From an uncultured delta proteobacterium (lineage in GTDB: Bacteria > Desulfobacterota > Binatia > UBA9968), in assembly GCA_963840855.1 (NCBI GenBank), contig CAWJBB010000079.1, positions 96,001 through 160,000 on the forward strand: a stretch of 64,000 nt of DNA, in the 5' to 3' direction. The translations under genes and the position numbers were made by a program. How positions within the stretch are numbered: position 1 is the first letter of the stretch; every line of letters starts with the position of its first letter. The notes under the pieces are model-generated. The model was given only the letters and a program-made list of their open reading frames with translations. It was not told the origin of the DNA and did not search any database. Shown here piece after piece: positions 63,653-64,000 of this stretch.

Positions 63653-64000
63653 CTAAAAATTCGGCGCCCGATGCAGGATCTTGCCGCCCACCACGGTGAG
63701 CAGGGACTTGATCGTCCTGATTTCCCGCTCCGGCACCGTGAAGTAATCCCTGTCCAAAACCAGCAAGTCGCCGAGTTTACCGCGTTCCAACGAGCCGATT
63801 TTGTCTGCTCGCAGGACGTATTCCGCCGCCCAGTTGGTGGACATCTTCAGGGCAATCACGCGATCGACTCGCTCTTTGCCATTGTACACTTTGCCCTCGA
63901 CCTCACGATTGACCAGAACATCCAAGTAGTGAAAGACTGTTCCGACCTTGAAGATTTCGTTGTCATCAACTTCCATCACTGTCTTGACGTTGGCATCAAG
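63653..64000 (-). CDS. Amidohydrolase (Amidohydro_3-like), C-terminal part; continues beyond the window
   Basis: ALKMSTNWAAEYVL..KIGSLERGKLGDLLVLDRDY..LTVVGGK; paralog of the 58948 protein. Confidence 0.85.
   Translation of the reverse strand, partial: LDANVKTVMEVDDNEIFKVGTVFHYLDVLVNREVEGKVYNGKERVDRVIALKMSTNWAAEYVLRADKIGSLERGKLGDLLVLDRDYFTVPEREIRTIKSLLTVVGGKILHRAPNF

Overview
GC-rich bacterial DNA with dense coding. The gene style (many solute-binding proteins, cupins, Rieske and Mo-hydroxylase genes, palindromic intergenic repeats) suggests a metagenome-derived genome of the Ca. Binatia/deltaproteobacterial type; this is inference. Contents left to right: a Liv-type ABC operon; a divergent RpoD-like sigma factor; a cupin plus solute-binding-protein/permease cluster; an accessory island at 12.9-19.0 kb (lipoprotein with a ParB-like toxin fold, candidate immunity gene, REP-flanked signal-peptide-bearing zeta-like kinase, frameshifted TLC nucleotide translocase, exported CYTH/NHL protein); an aromatic/amide catabolic block (dihydroxyphthalate decarboxylase-like, Rieske oxygenase, SDR, two atypical M24-fold proteins, two alpha/beta hydrolases, Dpp/Opp ABC transporter); an M6 protease with a sigma-54 promoter; a Bug/TctC protein and a three-subunit Mo-hydroxylase; a ~6.5 kb tandem duplication that is probably a strain-chimeric assembly; and a minus-strand cluster joining exported amidohydrolases, CxC rhodaneses and a CopD-cytochrome c-thioredoxin-fold fusion to a complete MoxR/DUF58/vWA (Bat/Mxa-like) chaperone module. 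The best candidates for undescribed systems are that last cluster and the exported toxin-fold island. No rRNA, tRNA, CRISPR array or transposase was found. All family assignments come from motif recognition by eye, not database searches.
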